A stretch of 64,000 nucleotides of DNA from a bacterium (GCA_044869275.1 JBIOXB010000014.1:27264-91263); one strand, 5' to 3'. Shown: positions 29,013 through 41,873, counted from the first letter of the stretch. Numbers and translations: made by a program. The notes: generated from the letters alone by a model not told the origin.

Positions 29013-29864
29013 TCATTTGCTGACAATCACTCTCGCCGGGCGCAGCACCCGGTCGCGATAGGTGTAACCTCTCGTCTGCTCCTCCAGCACGATGCCGGCC
29101 GGTTTGCCTTCCACCGCCATCTCCGTCAAGGCGTCGTGTAAATTGGGGTCAAACTCCGCGCCCACTGCCTGAATGGGCGCGAGGCCGCGGTCGGCCAGCA
29201 CTTTGGCGAATTTTTGCTGAATCAACCGCACCCCTTCCAGCAGCGATTCATGATTTTGCGATTCGGCTTTGGTGTTGAGCGAGCGTTCCAGATCGTCGAG
29301 CACGGGCAGAAGCTCTCCCACCAGTTCCGCGAAGGCGGATTGCACGCGATTGTTGAAATCCCGGTCGATGCGTTTACGATAATTGTCGAATTCCGCGGCC
29401 AGGCGCAGATATTTATCCCGCAGCGCTTCGTTGTCGCTCACGGCCTTCTCGAGATCGGCTTTCATTTTTTTGATCTCGGGGGCCGGCGCTTTGCGCCGCA
29501 ACTTGTTTTTCAGCTTCTCGGCAACGCTCTCGGAAGCTCCGGATTCAACGGCCTCCGCCGAGGTTCCTGCACCCTCTTCGTCGTCGGAAACAACCTCCGC
29601 CTCACCCAATTCTTCTTGCCAAGCTTCGGCTTCCCCACCGCCTGCGCTTTCAGATTCAGCCGCGCCGTTGTCATTTTGACCGGCTTCTAACCCCGTTTCA
29701 ACGCGTGGCTCGGGCGAAACCAGAGATGGGGTGTCAGCAATGTCGTCGCCGCCATGGCTCATTTCCGGCCGGGATTCATTTTGCTTTTGTTCCGGGCCAG
29801 CCGGCTCGTCCGCCAGCCGTGCCTGTTTTTGCTCAAAAGAGTTATTTTGAAATTCCGTGGTCAT
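29013..29864 (-). CDS. grpE: Nucleotide exchange factor GrpE with long acidic N-terminal extension
   Basis: LRLAAEFDNYRKR, LLPVLDDLER, FDPNLHDA, GY...DRVLRPARVIV. Start moved to ATG 29864 to avoid overlapping hrcA. Confidence 0.93.
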   Translation of the reverse strand: MTTEFQNNSFEQKQARLADEPAGPEQKQNESRPEMSHGGDDIADTPSLVSPEPRVETGLEAGQNDNGAAESESAGGGEAEAWQEELGEAEVVSDDEEGAGTSAEAVESGASESVAEKLKNKLRRKAPAPEIKKMKADLEKAVSDNEALRDKYLRLAAEFDNYRKRIDRDFNNRVQSAFAELVGELLPVLDDLERSLNTKAESQNHESLLEGVRLIQQKFAKVLADRGLAPIQAVGAEFDPNLHDALTEMAVEGKPAGIVLEEQTRGYTYRDRVLRPARVIVSK

Positions 29865-29955
29865 TATGATGATCTTTGATTGACTGGTGTTCTTTCTGTG
29901 TGATATACTTGTCCTGCTGGAGGTGCTTTCAAATGGAGCAAGACGAAACTTTAGC

Positions 29956-31020
29956 TCACCCCACCGCCGTGCCGGTGTTTTCATCCAAAACCTGGGTGAG
30001 CACTTTCGCCATGAAATCGACCAGTGCCACAACTTTGGCATAACGCATGCGCGTCGGTCCCAGCACACCGAGCGTGCCGGCCACGCTGCCGACATGATAG
30101 GAGGCCGTGATCACGCTGCAATTCTTGATGAGCTCCTCCCGATTCTCGTCCCCGATGGCGATAGTCAATTCGTTCGCATTCTCTTGCTGGTCGAATAATT
30201 GAATGACAATGTTTTTGCTTTCCAGCAAATGCAAAAAACTGGAGAGCTTGTCGTAGTCGCTGAATTCCGGTTGGCGCATGAGGTTGTTGGTGCCACCGAA
30301 ATGCAGGCTGCGCAGCTCGACTTGGTCGATGATGGGCACCGCCGCGCGCGCCACCGAACGCACAAAATCCGGGTTCACGCCCTCACCCAGATCGCGAATG
30401 CGGCTGTCCAGCGTGTGCTTGATTTCCCTCAAACTCAGGCCGTGCAAGCGCTCGTTGATGACCCCCGCGGTTTTTTCCAGCACTTCGCGCGATACCTCGG
30501 CTTCCATCTTCAACATGATGGTCTGTACCAAACCCGATTGAATCGACAGCACCATCAACACTTTCTTTTCCGCGATGGGCACCAGCTCGATTTTTTCAAA
30601 GATGCCCTCGAAAAAGCGCGGCGACAGCACCACCCCAAGCTGCTCGGAAATGCGTGCCAGCGTTTGCGAAGCCGCATCCAAAATCGAGTCCACTTCCTGC
30701 GACACGTGCACGAGCTGGCTCAAGACATGGCGCCGCTCCTGCTCCGACAGCTCCTCGACATTCATGAGAGAATCGACGTACAGGCGATAGCCTTTGTCGG
30801 TGGGCACCCGCCCCGAGGAAGTATGAGGATGCGTCAACAGTCCCTTCTCTTCCAAATCTCCCATCACGTTGCGGATCGTCGCTGGGCTCAAAGACATGCC
30901 AAACTTTTTTGCGGTCAGGCGCGAACCCACTGGCACCGCATGCCGGATAAAGTCCTCCACCACGGAATTCAGAACCATCCGTTCGCGTTCCGAGAGAAGG
31001 TCAGGTGTAGGCATTGTCAT
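29956..31020 (-). CDS. hrcA: Heat-inducible transcription repressor HrcA
   Basis: PVGS, SPATIRNVM.DLE..G.L..PHTSSGRVPTDKGYRLYVD and GVLGPTRM.Y motifs. Confidence 0.97.
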   Translation of the reverse strand: MTMPTPDLLSERERMVLNSVVEDFIRHAVPVGSRLTAKKFGMSLSPATIRNVMGDLEEKGLLTHPHTSSGRVPTDKGYRLYVDSLMNVEELSEQERRHVLSQLVHVSQEVDSILDAASQTLARISEQLGVVLSPRFFEGIFEKIELVPIAEKKVLMVLSIQSGLVQTIMLKMEAEVSREVLEKTAGVINERLHGLSLREIKHTLDSRIRDLGEGVNPDFVRSVARAAVPIIDQVELRSLHFGGTNNLMRQPEFSDYDKLSSFLHLLESKNIVIQLFDQQENANELTIAIGDENREELIKNCSVITASYHVGSVAGTLGVLGPTRMRYAKVVALVDFMAKVLTQVLDENTGTAVG

Positions 31021-31074
31021 ATGAAATCAAAGACTTCTTGTGCAAACTGACAAAACTACATCACAAATCATGCC

Positions 31075-31104
31075 AAGATACTACAATCGCGCCAGTAATG
31101 TCAA
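31075..31104 (-). promoter_or_regulatory. Putative sigma70-type promoter for hrcA-grpE-dnaJ
   Basis: Minus strand TTGACA-N18-TATCTT, 55 bp upstream of hrcA. Confidence 0.55.
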
Positions 31105-31178
31105 GCAAAAATTCCAATGCTCAGCCCACTGATCTTACGGAAAAACAGCAATTTTAAAGCGTAACGAGGGACTTCAAG

Positions 31179-31709
31179 TCAGATTTCGTTTTTGTAAGGT
31201 CCCCCTGCAGTTTGACTCGAGCTGAGCCAGTTTATGGGTTCGAATTGTTCACAAATAAACCCTAAAGAATCAGCACTCGTTGCCGTTTCCAGTGAGTGTA
31301 AGAGCCGGCGCAAATAGACGCGAAATCTTTCCATTGCCAAGCCGGCAAAATTAGGCGGGGCCATCTCCAGTTTCGCCAGGGCGTTTTTCAAATGCTTGAT
31401 GGCGCCATGGCGGATACCGCGCCGCCATTGGTGATGCGCCGCTGCGGCTTGAATCAGCCCTTGCACAAAGTACCGCCAGGGCTCACGATGGCGCTGCCAG
31501 ATTTTTTCCCACGCTTCGTGCGACTCCCAAAACTCGCCGGCATTGAACAAAGCCACGCCCTCGCGCAAATCGGTGAGATCTTCTTCACTCAGCTTCGGCG
31601 TGAGCTGCGCGGCGTTTGGGGGCGCCGGGCGCAGGCGGTACGGGTTCGACGATTTCACCGAGCACCGTGTGAATGGTCCATTCTTCCGCTTTGCGATAGC
31701 CTTCGTCAA
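31179..31709 (-). CDS. DUF309-family protein (start uncertain)
   Basis: G..LFNAGEFWESHEAWE.IW and QGLIQ.AAA.H motifs; the 5' part overlaps the ferredoxin gene. Confidence 0.85.
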   Translation of the reverse strand: MTKAIAKRKNGPFTRCSVKSSNPYRLRPAPPNAAQLTPKLSEEDLTDLREGVALFNAGEFWESHEAWEKIWQRHREPWRYFVQGLIQAAAAHHQWRRGIRHGAIKHLKNALAKLEMAPPNFAGLAMERFRVYLRRLLHSLETATSADSLGFICEQFEPINWLSSSQTAGGPYKNEI

Positions 31710-31977
31710 AATCCAACATGCTGATCGTTTCCCACGGGCAGTATTTGGCGCACAGCGTGCAGCCGATACAGCGCGGCAAATCCACTTCCACCAAACGATG
31801 CACGGTGGGCGCTTGGGGATCGGGTCCCGGCACGATCAGAATGCAATCCGCCGGGCAAAAATCGATGCACACCATGCAGCCCGTGCAACCACCTTGATCG
31901 ATCACCGCCAGTTGCTTGGGACGCCGCGTCTTGCGCAATTCAATGGGCTTTTCATATTTCGGATCTTTGAAGGCCAT
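31585..31977 (-). CDS. 2x[4Fe-4S] dicluster ferredoxin-like protein
   Basis: CTGCMVCIDFCP and CIGCTLCAKYCP motifs; GGAG RBS. Confidence 0.9.
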   Translation of the reverse strand: MAFKDPKYEKPIELRKTRRPKQLAVIDQGGCTGCMVCIDFCPADCILIVPGPDPQAPTVHRLVEVDLPRCIGCTLCAKYCPWETISMLDFDEGYRKAEEWTIHTVLGEIVEPVPPAPGAPKRRAAHAEAE

Positions 31978-32068
31978 GCCTCTTTCTCCGGATTCATTGT
32001 GCGCGCTGCTGGTGAAACTCTATCAATCGGGGAAATTTAAGAATTTTTTGCTGAAAAACAACACGCGG

Positions 32069-34788
<2,720 letters not shown>

Positions 34789-34814
34789 CAGAGGCCTCCT
34801 CCGCTTATAGTCCC

Positions 34815-34965
34815 TTAGAATCGCCGCTTAATTAACTTGCCCGTATTTTGAAACCGCTAATTAGCGCGAATGTACATTAGTACACTAGTATGCTCTCCAT
34901 TCACGGCTATTAGCGTGCATTCGCGGTTTGAGAAATGGGAAAGTTATTTAATTCTCAATCCTTAA
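34815..34965. mobile_element. MITE-like element, copy 1 (~150 bp)
   Basis: Clearly similar to 55862-56006; imperfect terminal inverted repeats (..AAT..TAACTT / AAGTTATT..ATCCTTAA) and an internal palindrome AAACCGC..GCGGTTT. Confidence 0.7.
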
Positions 34966-35020
34966 CTTGACAATTCTATTAAACTCCACCATGGCGGCAG
35001 ATCTGAACGCCAAACGACAC

Positions 35021-36370
35021 TTATTCCCCCACCAGCATGATGTGCAAATCCATCACATTAGTGCCGGTCGGGCCGGTGATGAACAGATCGCCGAGCTTTT
35101 GAAAAAAAGTATAGCTATCATTGTCGCGCAAATAGCTGCTGAAAAAGCGCAATCCCAGCGCGCGCGCCCGTGCCACGGAATTGCCGTCGGCAAAAGCGCC
35201 CGCAGCATCCGTGGGCCCGTCGATGCCATCCGTACCCGCGGCGAGAAAAACGCACTCCGGCAAGCCGTCGATATCCAGCGCCACCGACAAGGCCATTTCC
35301 TGATTGCGTCCGCCCTTGCCGCCGTGATTTCGTACGGTGACGGTGGACTCGCCGCCTGCTAAAATGCATGCCGGCGTATGCAACGGCTGCTCCGAGCTGA
35401 CCACATTGTGCAGGATCGCCGCATACAAACGGCCGAGGTCGCGCGCTTCACCTTGCACGCGATTCGCCAAAACGAGCGTATGGTATCCCATGCTGCGCGC
35501 GTGGCGCTCGCATGCGGCCAGCGCATCCGCATTGCAACCGATGATGCCGTAATGGCTGCGCGCGAAAACGGGATCGCGCGGCTTGGGCGTTTCCGAAATG
35601 CGGCCCATGCAGCCGTTCTTGATGTGCTTCTGCACGGCCAGTGGCAGCTTTGGCCAGATGCCATACAATACCAAAATGCGTTCAGCGTCGGCAAAGGTGG
35701 AAGGATCGGCGACGGTCGGGCCGGAGGCAATGATGTCCATCGGATCACCAATGACATCGGAGAGGATCAGGGTCATGATCGCCGCGGGATAAGCCGCGCG
35801 CGCGAGCTGGCCGCCTTTGATGCGCGACAAATGTTTGCGCACGGTATTGATCTCATGAATGGCGACGCCATGCGACAACAGCAAATCCGTGACTTGCTGC
35901 TCCTCTGCCAAGCGCAACGATTCCGCCGGCAGCGGCAGCAGCGCCGATCCGCCGCCCGAAATCAAACAAATCACCAGATCGTCTTCCTGAGCGGTTTCCG
36001 CCAGCTTCAAAATATGCCGCGCGGCGTCCTCACCGCGCACATCCGGAAGGGGATGGCCCGCCTCCAAAACCTTGATGTGGCGCAATTCTGCGCCGCACGG
36101 CGCATTGGACACGACGGCGCCAGCGGTGACGAGCTCGCCCAATTGCGCTTCCACGGCGCGCGCCATGGGAACTGCGGCTTTGCCCGCGCCGATGACGAAC
36201 AAGCAGCGAAAATCGCGCAGATCATAGATTTCGCCGGCGAGGCGCAAGAAGTCGCCTTCGCGCTGCAGCACGCGGGCCACCGCGGCTTCGGGTTCGACCG
36301 CGGCCACACCGGCCCAAAAGATTTCTTTGGCATGTTGCCGCAACCGCTTGAGTTCGGGCGTGAGCATCAT
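35021..36370 (-). CDS. Glycerate 2-kinase (MOFRL / TtuD-GckA family)
   Basis: GAGKAA, GHPLPD, LISGGGSAL, KHLS.IKGGQLA, SDVIGD, GGRNQE, GTDGIDG and TGPTGTNVMDL motifs. Confidence 0.93.
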   Translation of the reverse strand: MMLTPELKRLRQHAKEIFWAGVAAVEPEAAVARVLQREGDFLRLAGEIYDLRDFRCLFVIGAGKAAVPMARAVEAQLGELVTAGAVVSNAPCGAELRHIKVLEAGHPLPDVRGEDAARHILKLAETAQEDDLVICLISGGGSALLPLPAESLRLAEEQQVTDLLLSHGVAIHEINTVRKHLSRIKGGQLARAAYPAAIMTLILSDVIGDPMDIIASGPTVADPSTFADAERILVLYGIWPKLPLAVQKHIKNGCMGRISETPKPRDPVFARSHYGIIGCNADALAACERHARSMGYHTLVLANRVQGEARDLGRLYAAILHNVVSSEQPLHTPACILAGGESTVTVRNHGGKGGRNQEMALSVALDIDGLPECVFLAAGTDGIDGPTDAAGAFADGNSVARARALGLRFFSSYLRDNDSYTFFQKLGDLFITGPTGTNVMDLHIMLVGE

Positions 36371-36417
36371 AACGGAGGCGATGGTTGATGAGCCACGGGA
36401 AAACACCGGAAACTATT

Positions 36418-38967
36418 TTACGGCCAAATGCTCGGGTCCTCCGCGAGCTTCTGCTCGACAGCCAGCAAGCGGTCTTTGTAGGCCTTGATGCTAAAGCCGA
36501 AATGATAAGCCGCCTGTAAAAAATCGGAGGCGAGATTGTAGCGTTCACGATCTTCGGGTTTCGCCAGGACTTCTTCGATCAGCGGAGACAGGCGCTCCTG
36601 CATGAGCGCGAAAATCTGATTTTGAATCGCCTCCAGACGGAGATCGAGCTTCAAGCGCTGCGCGACTTCGATCAACATAAGCAGCAGGCGGCAGGTTTCC
36701 GCTTTGAAATCGTGCTGCAAATCTTCGCAGCGTTTTTCCAGTTTTGCCTGCAAAAATTGGCTTGCCCAATGGGTATCCAGCTCCAGACCCAGCTTGCCTG
36801 CCGTGCGGACAATTTCGAAGCAGCGGCGATAAGCATCAAGATCGCTTGCCTCGCCGACATTTTCCAATTCCGTGCGCAGCTCGCGGCTCAGGGAATATCG
36901 CGCGGGCACGCGCAGCTCTTCCGGAATTTTCGCGCCAAATTCGCGCAGCGAGCGAATCAAGCCGCTATTCTCTTCATACAGCTTGCGGTAGCCTTCGCCG
37001 ATTTGAGCCAGCCGCCCCTGCAGCATCATTTTGATGACTTGCTGCCGCTCATCAAAGAACATGGACAACAGCCCAAGCTGCTTGCCGCCCCAATGCTTCT
37101 GCAAATACTCCGTCAAATCGCCTTCGATCTCCGGTAATTTCGCCAGCAGATCGTCGCGATGCCCGGCATAGTCCCAGTGCGGCGTGACCAAGCGCACGTG
37201 GCACTCCACGTTGTCCGTCGTGCTGCGCTTCACCAGCGCATAGCCATAAGTATTTTGTTCGTCCGTCACTCCCGAGTGCACGTGCACCAAGCCGGTCTGC
37301 ACGCGCGTCTGCTCGGTTTGCACTTGCGCGCCATCTTCGCGCCGCAAGGAATACTGATACAACTGTTCCTGCCGGGGTGTTTCCAAAAACAAGGAGCGAA
37401 TCGCATAGGTATTCACGACGTTGACAAACGAAACCACGGCGGGCTTCACCAGCTTTTCATACACGCCTTCACCATCTTTGTATTCCGGCATGTTGCTGGG
37501 TGCGAGCTTGAGATTCTGTAAAAAGCGCCCCTCGAATGGCCGGCGGCTCAAGGTCTCGGCGAGTTGAATGGCGCGCGCCGCATATTTGATCACCTGTACC
37601 GTCTCAATGCCGGAAATCTCGGTAAAGAACCAGCCGCAGCTGGTGTACATGAGCTGAAGATTGCGCTGCAATTCCATCAGCTTGATCGCGGCAAGCTTTT
37701 GCTCGCGCGACAGCATGGTGCGCTGCTGCTGTGCCAGAAAAGCTTCCACACGCTCCGAGGTGCGCTGTAAAATGACGTCGATATACTGGTCCCGCGCCTG
37801 CAGCCAATCTCTGAAAATGGGCTCGCTCAATTCCGTAGTCAGGTTATTCAGCTCATCGCGCAGCTCGTCGAGCGCGTGGCGCAGCGGCGCGCGCCATTCT
37901 TGCGTCCAGTGCGCCGGGCCGTCACCGCGGCAGCCGCAGTTGCGCGCCCAGCGGCCCACGCCATGCGCGCAGCTCCAGGCCGTGCCCTCGTTATTCTCCC
38001 CCTCTTTGAGCTGCACCTCCCAAACCGACGGATGTAAAGCGAGATACTCGCCGTAATTCGTGACCAGCAGCTCCCGGCGCGGCGCTTCGAGGTTCAGCAG
38101 GTAGGCCAGGCCGCGTTCGCCGTAGCGCTCGTGATGGCCATAGCTCTCACCGTCGGTAGCCACCGAAACCAATTCCGGTGCGTCGCCATGGTCTTTGGAA
38201 TACGCCGCGGTAACACGGTGAGCGAAGTTCTTGGCGTCGCGCACGAGATGTTCGAAGCCGACGCCGCGCGACAAATCGCCATGATAAAAGAAGATGTCGA
38301 GAAACCGGTTCTCAATCGCCCGGCCCTGTGCGTCCCGATCGTACCAGCGGAATGCGTGCCGCGTATCGATATCGCCGTTTTCCACACCGATCCATTCTTC
38401 GTCGCCAATTTTGCGCACGCGCTTGGCTTGATAGGGCGAGAGAATGATGAACTTCATGCCGGCCTCGATCAAGAGGCGCAGCACGGCGTCGTTTACCGCG
38501 GTTTCCGGCATCCACATGGATTCCGGCTCGCGCCGGAAACGGAAGCGAAAATCCGCCAGCCCCCAGCGCACTTGCGTAAGGCGATCCTGCTCGTTGCACA
38601 GCGGCATAATGGCGTGATTGTACGCTTGCGCGATGGCCGAGCCGTGTCCGCGGAAACGCACGACGCTGCGCTTGTCCGCCGCCAGAACGCGCTGATACGT
38701 CACCGGCGCGAATTGCTCGAGCCAGCTCAACAAAGTGGGGCCGAAATTGAAGCTGATATGCTCAAAATTGTTGACAATGTTGGCAATGCGTTGGGAAGAG
38801 TCCAAAACGCGCGCGAACGCATTGGGCGTGTAACATTCGTAATTGATGCGGTCGTTCCAATCGTGAAACGGTACGGCGCTATCCTGCCTTTCGATGGACT
38901 CGGTCCATGGATTCTCACGCGGCGGCTGATAAAAATGTCCATGTATCGTCAAATAACGTTGTGCCAT
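36418..38967 (-). CDS. Glycoside hydrolase family 57 with DUF3536 domain
   Basis: HGHFYQPPRENPW, SFNFGPTL, W.PETA, ATDGESYGHH, WSCAHGVGRW and MYTSCGWFF motifs. Confidence 0.92.
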   Translation of the reverse strand: MAQRYLTIHGHFYQPPRENPWTESIERQDSAVPFHDWNDRINYECYTPNAFARVLDSSQRIANIVNNFEHISFNFGPTLLSWLEQFAPVTYQRVLAADKRSVVRFRGHGSAIAQAYNHAIMPLCNEQDRLTQVRWGLADFRFRFRREPESMWMPETAVNDAVLRLLIEAGMKFIILSPYQAKRVRKIGDEEWIGVENGDIDTRHAFRWYDRDAQGRAIENRFLDIFFYHGDLSRGVGFEHLVRDAKNFAHRVTAAYSKDHGDAPELVSVATDGESYGHHERYGERGLAYLLNLEAPRRELLVTNYGEYLALHPSVWEVQLKEGENNEGTAWSCAHGVGRWARNCGCRGDGPAHWTQEWRAPLRHALDELRDELNNLTTELSEPIFRDWLQARDQYIDVILQRTSERVEAFLAQQQRTMLSREQKLAAIKLMELQRNLQLMYTSCGWFFTEISGIETVQVIKYAARAIQLAETLSRRPFEGRFLQNLKLAPSNMPEYKDGEGVYEKLVKPAVVSFVNVVNTYAIRSLFLETPRQEQLYQYSLRREDGAQVQTEQTRVQTGLVHVHSGVTDEQNTYGYALVKRSTTDNVECHVRLVTPHWDYAGHRDDLLAKLPEIEGDLTEYLQKHWGGKQLGLLSMFFDERQQVIKMMLQGRLAQIGEGYRKLYEENSGLIRSLREFGAKIPEELRVPARYSLSRELRTELENVGEASDLDAYRRCFEIVRTAGKLGLELDTHWASQFLQAKLEKRCEDLQHDFKAETCRLLLMLIEVAQRLKLDLRLEAIQNQIFALMQERLSPLIEEVLAKPEDRERYNLASDFLQAAYHFGFSIKAYKDRLLAVEQKLAEDPSIWP

Positions 38968-39399
38968 GCACGGTCTTCCTGATTTCTGTGACGAAATATT
39001 TCATTGCTCTGCGAAGGTCCTTCCCTCCTCTTTCGTCCGGACGGAATCGCTTCGAGAATATTTTTGCAAAAACTTAAAATTTCCCGGCGCCAGCATGTGC
39101 GCGCAGGTGGCGGGCCGCACTTTGCTGCAACGGGGCCGGTCAGGTTACTAAATTTTGCCTAAAAGCGCAAGCGCTTTTCCCGGCGCACAGGAGCGGTGAG
39201 ATTATTTTTCTGCGTGCGCATGCAACCCCGCTATCATGCATGTATAGATCAACATGCATCTCGGGAGGCGAAAGCTTTCCTCAACAATTAGCTTCTGTCA
39301 CATTCGTGCAACTGCCGCCGCGAGCCGGAAGGAATCCTCCGCACCGCGAGGGAAGGCTTTTCCGGCGGGCAGCGCAAAACCTCCAATCCAAGACGGACG

Positions 39400-40623
39400 A
39401 TGCACATGAAAAAACGTTTTACCCTCGCAGCCTTGCTGTTGCTGGCGCTCGGCCCGGCACACGCCCAGGTGTTTCGCTTGATCGGCGGCCGTGGTTTGCC
39501 GCACCTGCATTCCGCGTTCACCTTGCCCCGCGGCCAGTTCACCCTGCACACCGCGGGCTCTTCCTCTTATCAGACCGTGGTGGTCAATAAAAACGGCATA
39601 CCCACGGCCAGCACCTTTTGGAACGTGCAGGCGGCTGCCGGCCTGTCTTTCGCCAGCGGCAAGCATTTGGAGTGGGCTTTGACGCAGGTGATTTATCAAG
39701 ACACGCATCGCGGCCAGGGCTATAACATTCCGGACGATTTGTATTTGAACATGAAATTCGGATCCTTCGGCAGCAAAGTGAGCCCGCTCAAAGCCGGCTT
39801 CGCGTTCAGCGGCCGCTTTCCGCTCGGCGAGAATCACAACGTTCTCTTCGAACCCTACAGCGGCGGCGGCATCGAGATGAGCCTCCTGGGCATGGTTTCA
39901 TACAGCCCGGATTTGTTGCTGCCGGAAAACGCAGTCAATCTGCATGTCAATCTCGGCTACCTGCATCACAACGATCTCGGCAAACGGCTCACCGGGGCGC
40001 CCAACGACACCATCGCTGCGCTGAAGCCCTCGCAAGAGTTTCTGTGGGGTGCGGGCATGGCGATTCCAACGACACAGTTCGACTTCACCTTCGAGCTTTA
40101 CGGACGCATGTTCACGGCCAAGCCGCCGGTGACCGCGTATGCACGCGAGGATTATATGTATTTTTCGCCGGGGGTCAATTATCGCCCCAAGCACTGGCTC
40201 GCGCTCAACGTCGGTTTCGATTTCCGCCTGACTTCGGACAAAGACCAAACGCAATACCTGGACTTGCCGGTGGTGAATGAAGACCTGGCCAATTACCCAA
40301 GCTGGCGCGTCAATTTCGGCGCGAAATTTCATCTCAACCAAACACCGCCACCGGACAACCGCCCGCTGTTCATGACCTCGAATGGGCGGTTGGTGCCGCG
40401 GCAAAAATCGCTCGAAAACCAGCTGAACCTCGAGCAAAAGAAGACTGAAACCGCCGAAGAAGAATTGGAAAAAATTCGCGACGAGCGCAAGCGCATGGAA
40501 GCCATGCTGTCACGCTTGCGCAGTCTGCTGTACAACAATGCCTCCGCCGATCCGAATGCCGCCACGCCGGACACCAAAAGCACTGTGCCACAGAAGGAAG
40601 CAAAACCAGACGATCAGCAATGA
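39400..40623 (+). CDS. Putative outer-membrane beta-barrel protein with C-terminal coiled coil
   Basis: Signal peptide (AHA-Q), alternating beta strands ending WRVNFGAKF, then E/K-rich coiled coil. Confidence 0.65.
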   Translation: MHMKKRFTLAALLLLALGPAHAQVFRLIGGRGLPHLHSAFTLPRGQFTLHTAGSSSYQTVVVNKNGIPTASTFWNVQAAAGLSFASGKHLEWALTQVIYQDTHRGQGYNIPDDLYLNMKFGSFGSKVSPLKAGFAFSGRFPLGENHNVLFEPYSGGGIEMSLLGMVSYSPDLLLPENAVNLHVNLGYLHHNDLGKRLTGAPNDTIAALKPSQEFLWGAGMAIPTTQFDFTFELYGRMFTAKPPVTAYAREDYMYFSPGVNYRPKHWLALNVGFDFRLTSDKDQTQYLDLPVVNEDLANYPSWRVNFGAKFHLNQTPPPDNRPLFMTSNGRLVPRQKSLENQLNLEQKKTETAEEELEKIRDERKRMEAMLSRLRSLLYNNASADPNAATPDTKSTVPQKEAKPDDQQ

Positions 40624-40660
40624 CCTTCGGGTTCGCTCACTTTCCTGCGCCTAATAATTC

Positions 40661-40696
40661 AGCCTTCCGTAAGTCTCTACGGAAGGCTTTTTATTT
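40661..40696 (+). terminator. Intrinsic terminator
   Basis: AGCCTTCCGTA / TACGGAAGGCT stem followed by TTTTATTT. Confidence 0.8.
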
Positions 40697-40844
40697 CTAA
40701 AAATCCCGCTCCAGCTTCTGGTGTTGACTCCCACCCGCTTTTTCTTTACTTTGTCCAGGTTCGAAAACGGCAACAAAAAAGGCGAAATGAGATTTGCCGT
40801 TTTGCCATTGCCCAACTGGTGGTTCATCACTTTGGAGAAGATCG

Positions 40845-41663
40845 ATGTCAAATTTGAGCTGGATGTTACTTTTCACCGTATTCACCCTTGGCTGCGAACC
40901 CAAAGTCCAATATGAGAAACCCATGATGGATGAAAAAAATCCCGTGGTGAAGATGCAAACCACGGCCGGTGACATTTATATCGAGCTGTTTGAAAAGGAC
41001 GCGCCCATGACGGTCGCCAACTTTGTCGAGCTGGCAGAAGGCAAGAAAGAGTTCACCGACGCCAAAACCAAGCAAAAGGTGAAGAAACCTTTTTACGATG
41101 ACTTGAAGTTTCATCGCGTAATCAAAGATTTCATGCTGCAAGGCGGCTGCCCGCTGGGCACGGGCACGGGCGATCCCGGCTACAAATTCAAGGATGAGAT
41201 CAATGCCGCCTCATTGGGGTTGGACACCATCAAAGTGCAGGACGCGCAGTATGCCGCACGCGAGGCGCAAATGTACATCGGCCGCAAGCTCAATTTGCAA
41301 TCGCAAGCCGACGTGCAAGCCCGAATGCCGGAAATTCAGCAGGAACTGGCGCTCGTGGCAGAGATGAATCTTGCTGAGTTGTATGCGGCGACCGGTTATG
41401 TTTACGACCCGGCGCTGCATTCTCACAAAGCCCTTCGTGGAGCCCTGGCCATGGCCAACTCCGGCCCGAACACCAACGGCTCGCAGTTTTTCATCAATCA
41501 AATCGACACGCCCTGGCTCGACGGCAAACACACCGTATTTGGGCAGGTGGTGAAAGGACTGGACGTCGTGGATAAAATCTGCAACTCCCCCGCCAAGCAA
41601 GAGCAGCCCACGCCAGAAATCAAAATCGTTTCTGTGCGGGTCTCACAGAAGAGCAAACATTGA
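40845..41663 (+). CDS. Cyclophilin-type peptidyl-prolyl isomerase, probable lipoprotein, with internal insertion
   Basis: Lipobox-like [44 protein letters not shown] and [10 protein letters not shown] motifs. Confidence 0.9.
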   Translation: MSNLSWMLLFTVFTLGCEPKVQYEKPMMDEKNPVVKMQTTAGDIYIELFEKDAPMTVANFVELAEGKKEFTDAKTKQKVKKPFYDDLKFHRVIKDFMLQGGCPLGTGTGDPGYKFKDEINAASLGLDTIKVQDAQYAAREAQMYIGRKLNLQSQADVQARMPEIQQELALVAEMNLAELYAATGYVYDPALHSHKALRGALAMANSGPNTNGSQFFINQIDTPWLDGKHTVFGQVVKGLDVVDKICNSPAKQEQPTPEIKIVSVRVSQKSKH

Positions 41664-41673
41664 TTTAATGCTC

Positions 41674-41694
41674 GTAGTAGCGCCTTCAGGCGCT
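41674..41694. repeat. GTAG-type REP-like hairpin
   Basis: GTAGT-AGCGCC-TTCA-GGCGCT immediately after the cyclophilin stop codon. Confidence 0.45.
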
Positions 41695-41710
41695 TTGAGG
41701 TTGCGTCTAA

Positions 41711-41840
41711 CAGGATGCTGAAAAACTCTTTCCATGTCATGCCCGCGATGGTGGGCATACGGAAAATGCAAGGAAATCGTGGATTCCCGCTTTCGCGCGA
41801 ATGACAATTTTGGGTTTTTTGTGGGTTTTTCAGCAACCAG
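41711..41840. mobile_element. MITE-like element with IS-like ends enclosing a GTCAT..CCCGC..GCGGGAATCC-type palindrome
   Basis: Ends CAGGATGCTGAAAAACTC and GGGTTTTTCAGCAACCAG are 15/18 inverted matches; core 41736-41805 reads GTCATGCCCGCGATGGTGGGCAT...GGATTCCCGCTTTCGCGCGAATGAC. Confidence 0.6.
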
Positions 41841-41873
41841 ATAAGTGAGAGCTTTACAATTGAGCAAAGATTA

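Noticed and set aside
31270..31302. CIRCE-like TCAGCACTC...GAGTGTAAG upstream of hrcA
   Set aside because: The spacer is 15 bp rather than 9, the arms are imperfect, and it lies inside the DUF309 coding region.
39322..39345. SRP RNA-like GCCGGAAGG motif (also on the minus strand near 21545)
   Set aside because: The conserved CAGG...GGAA...AGCAG helix-8 context is missing.
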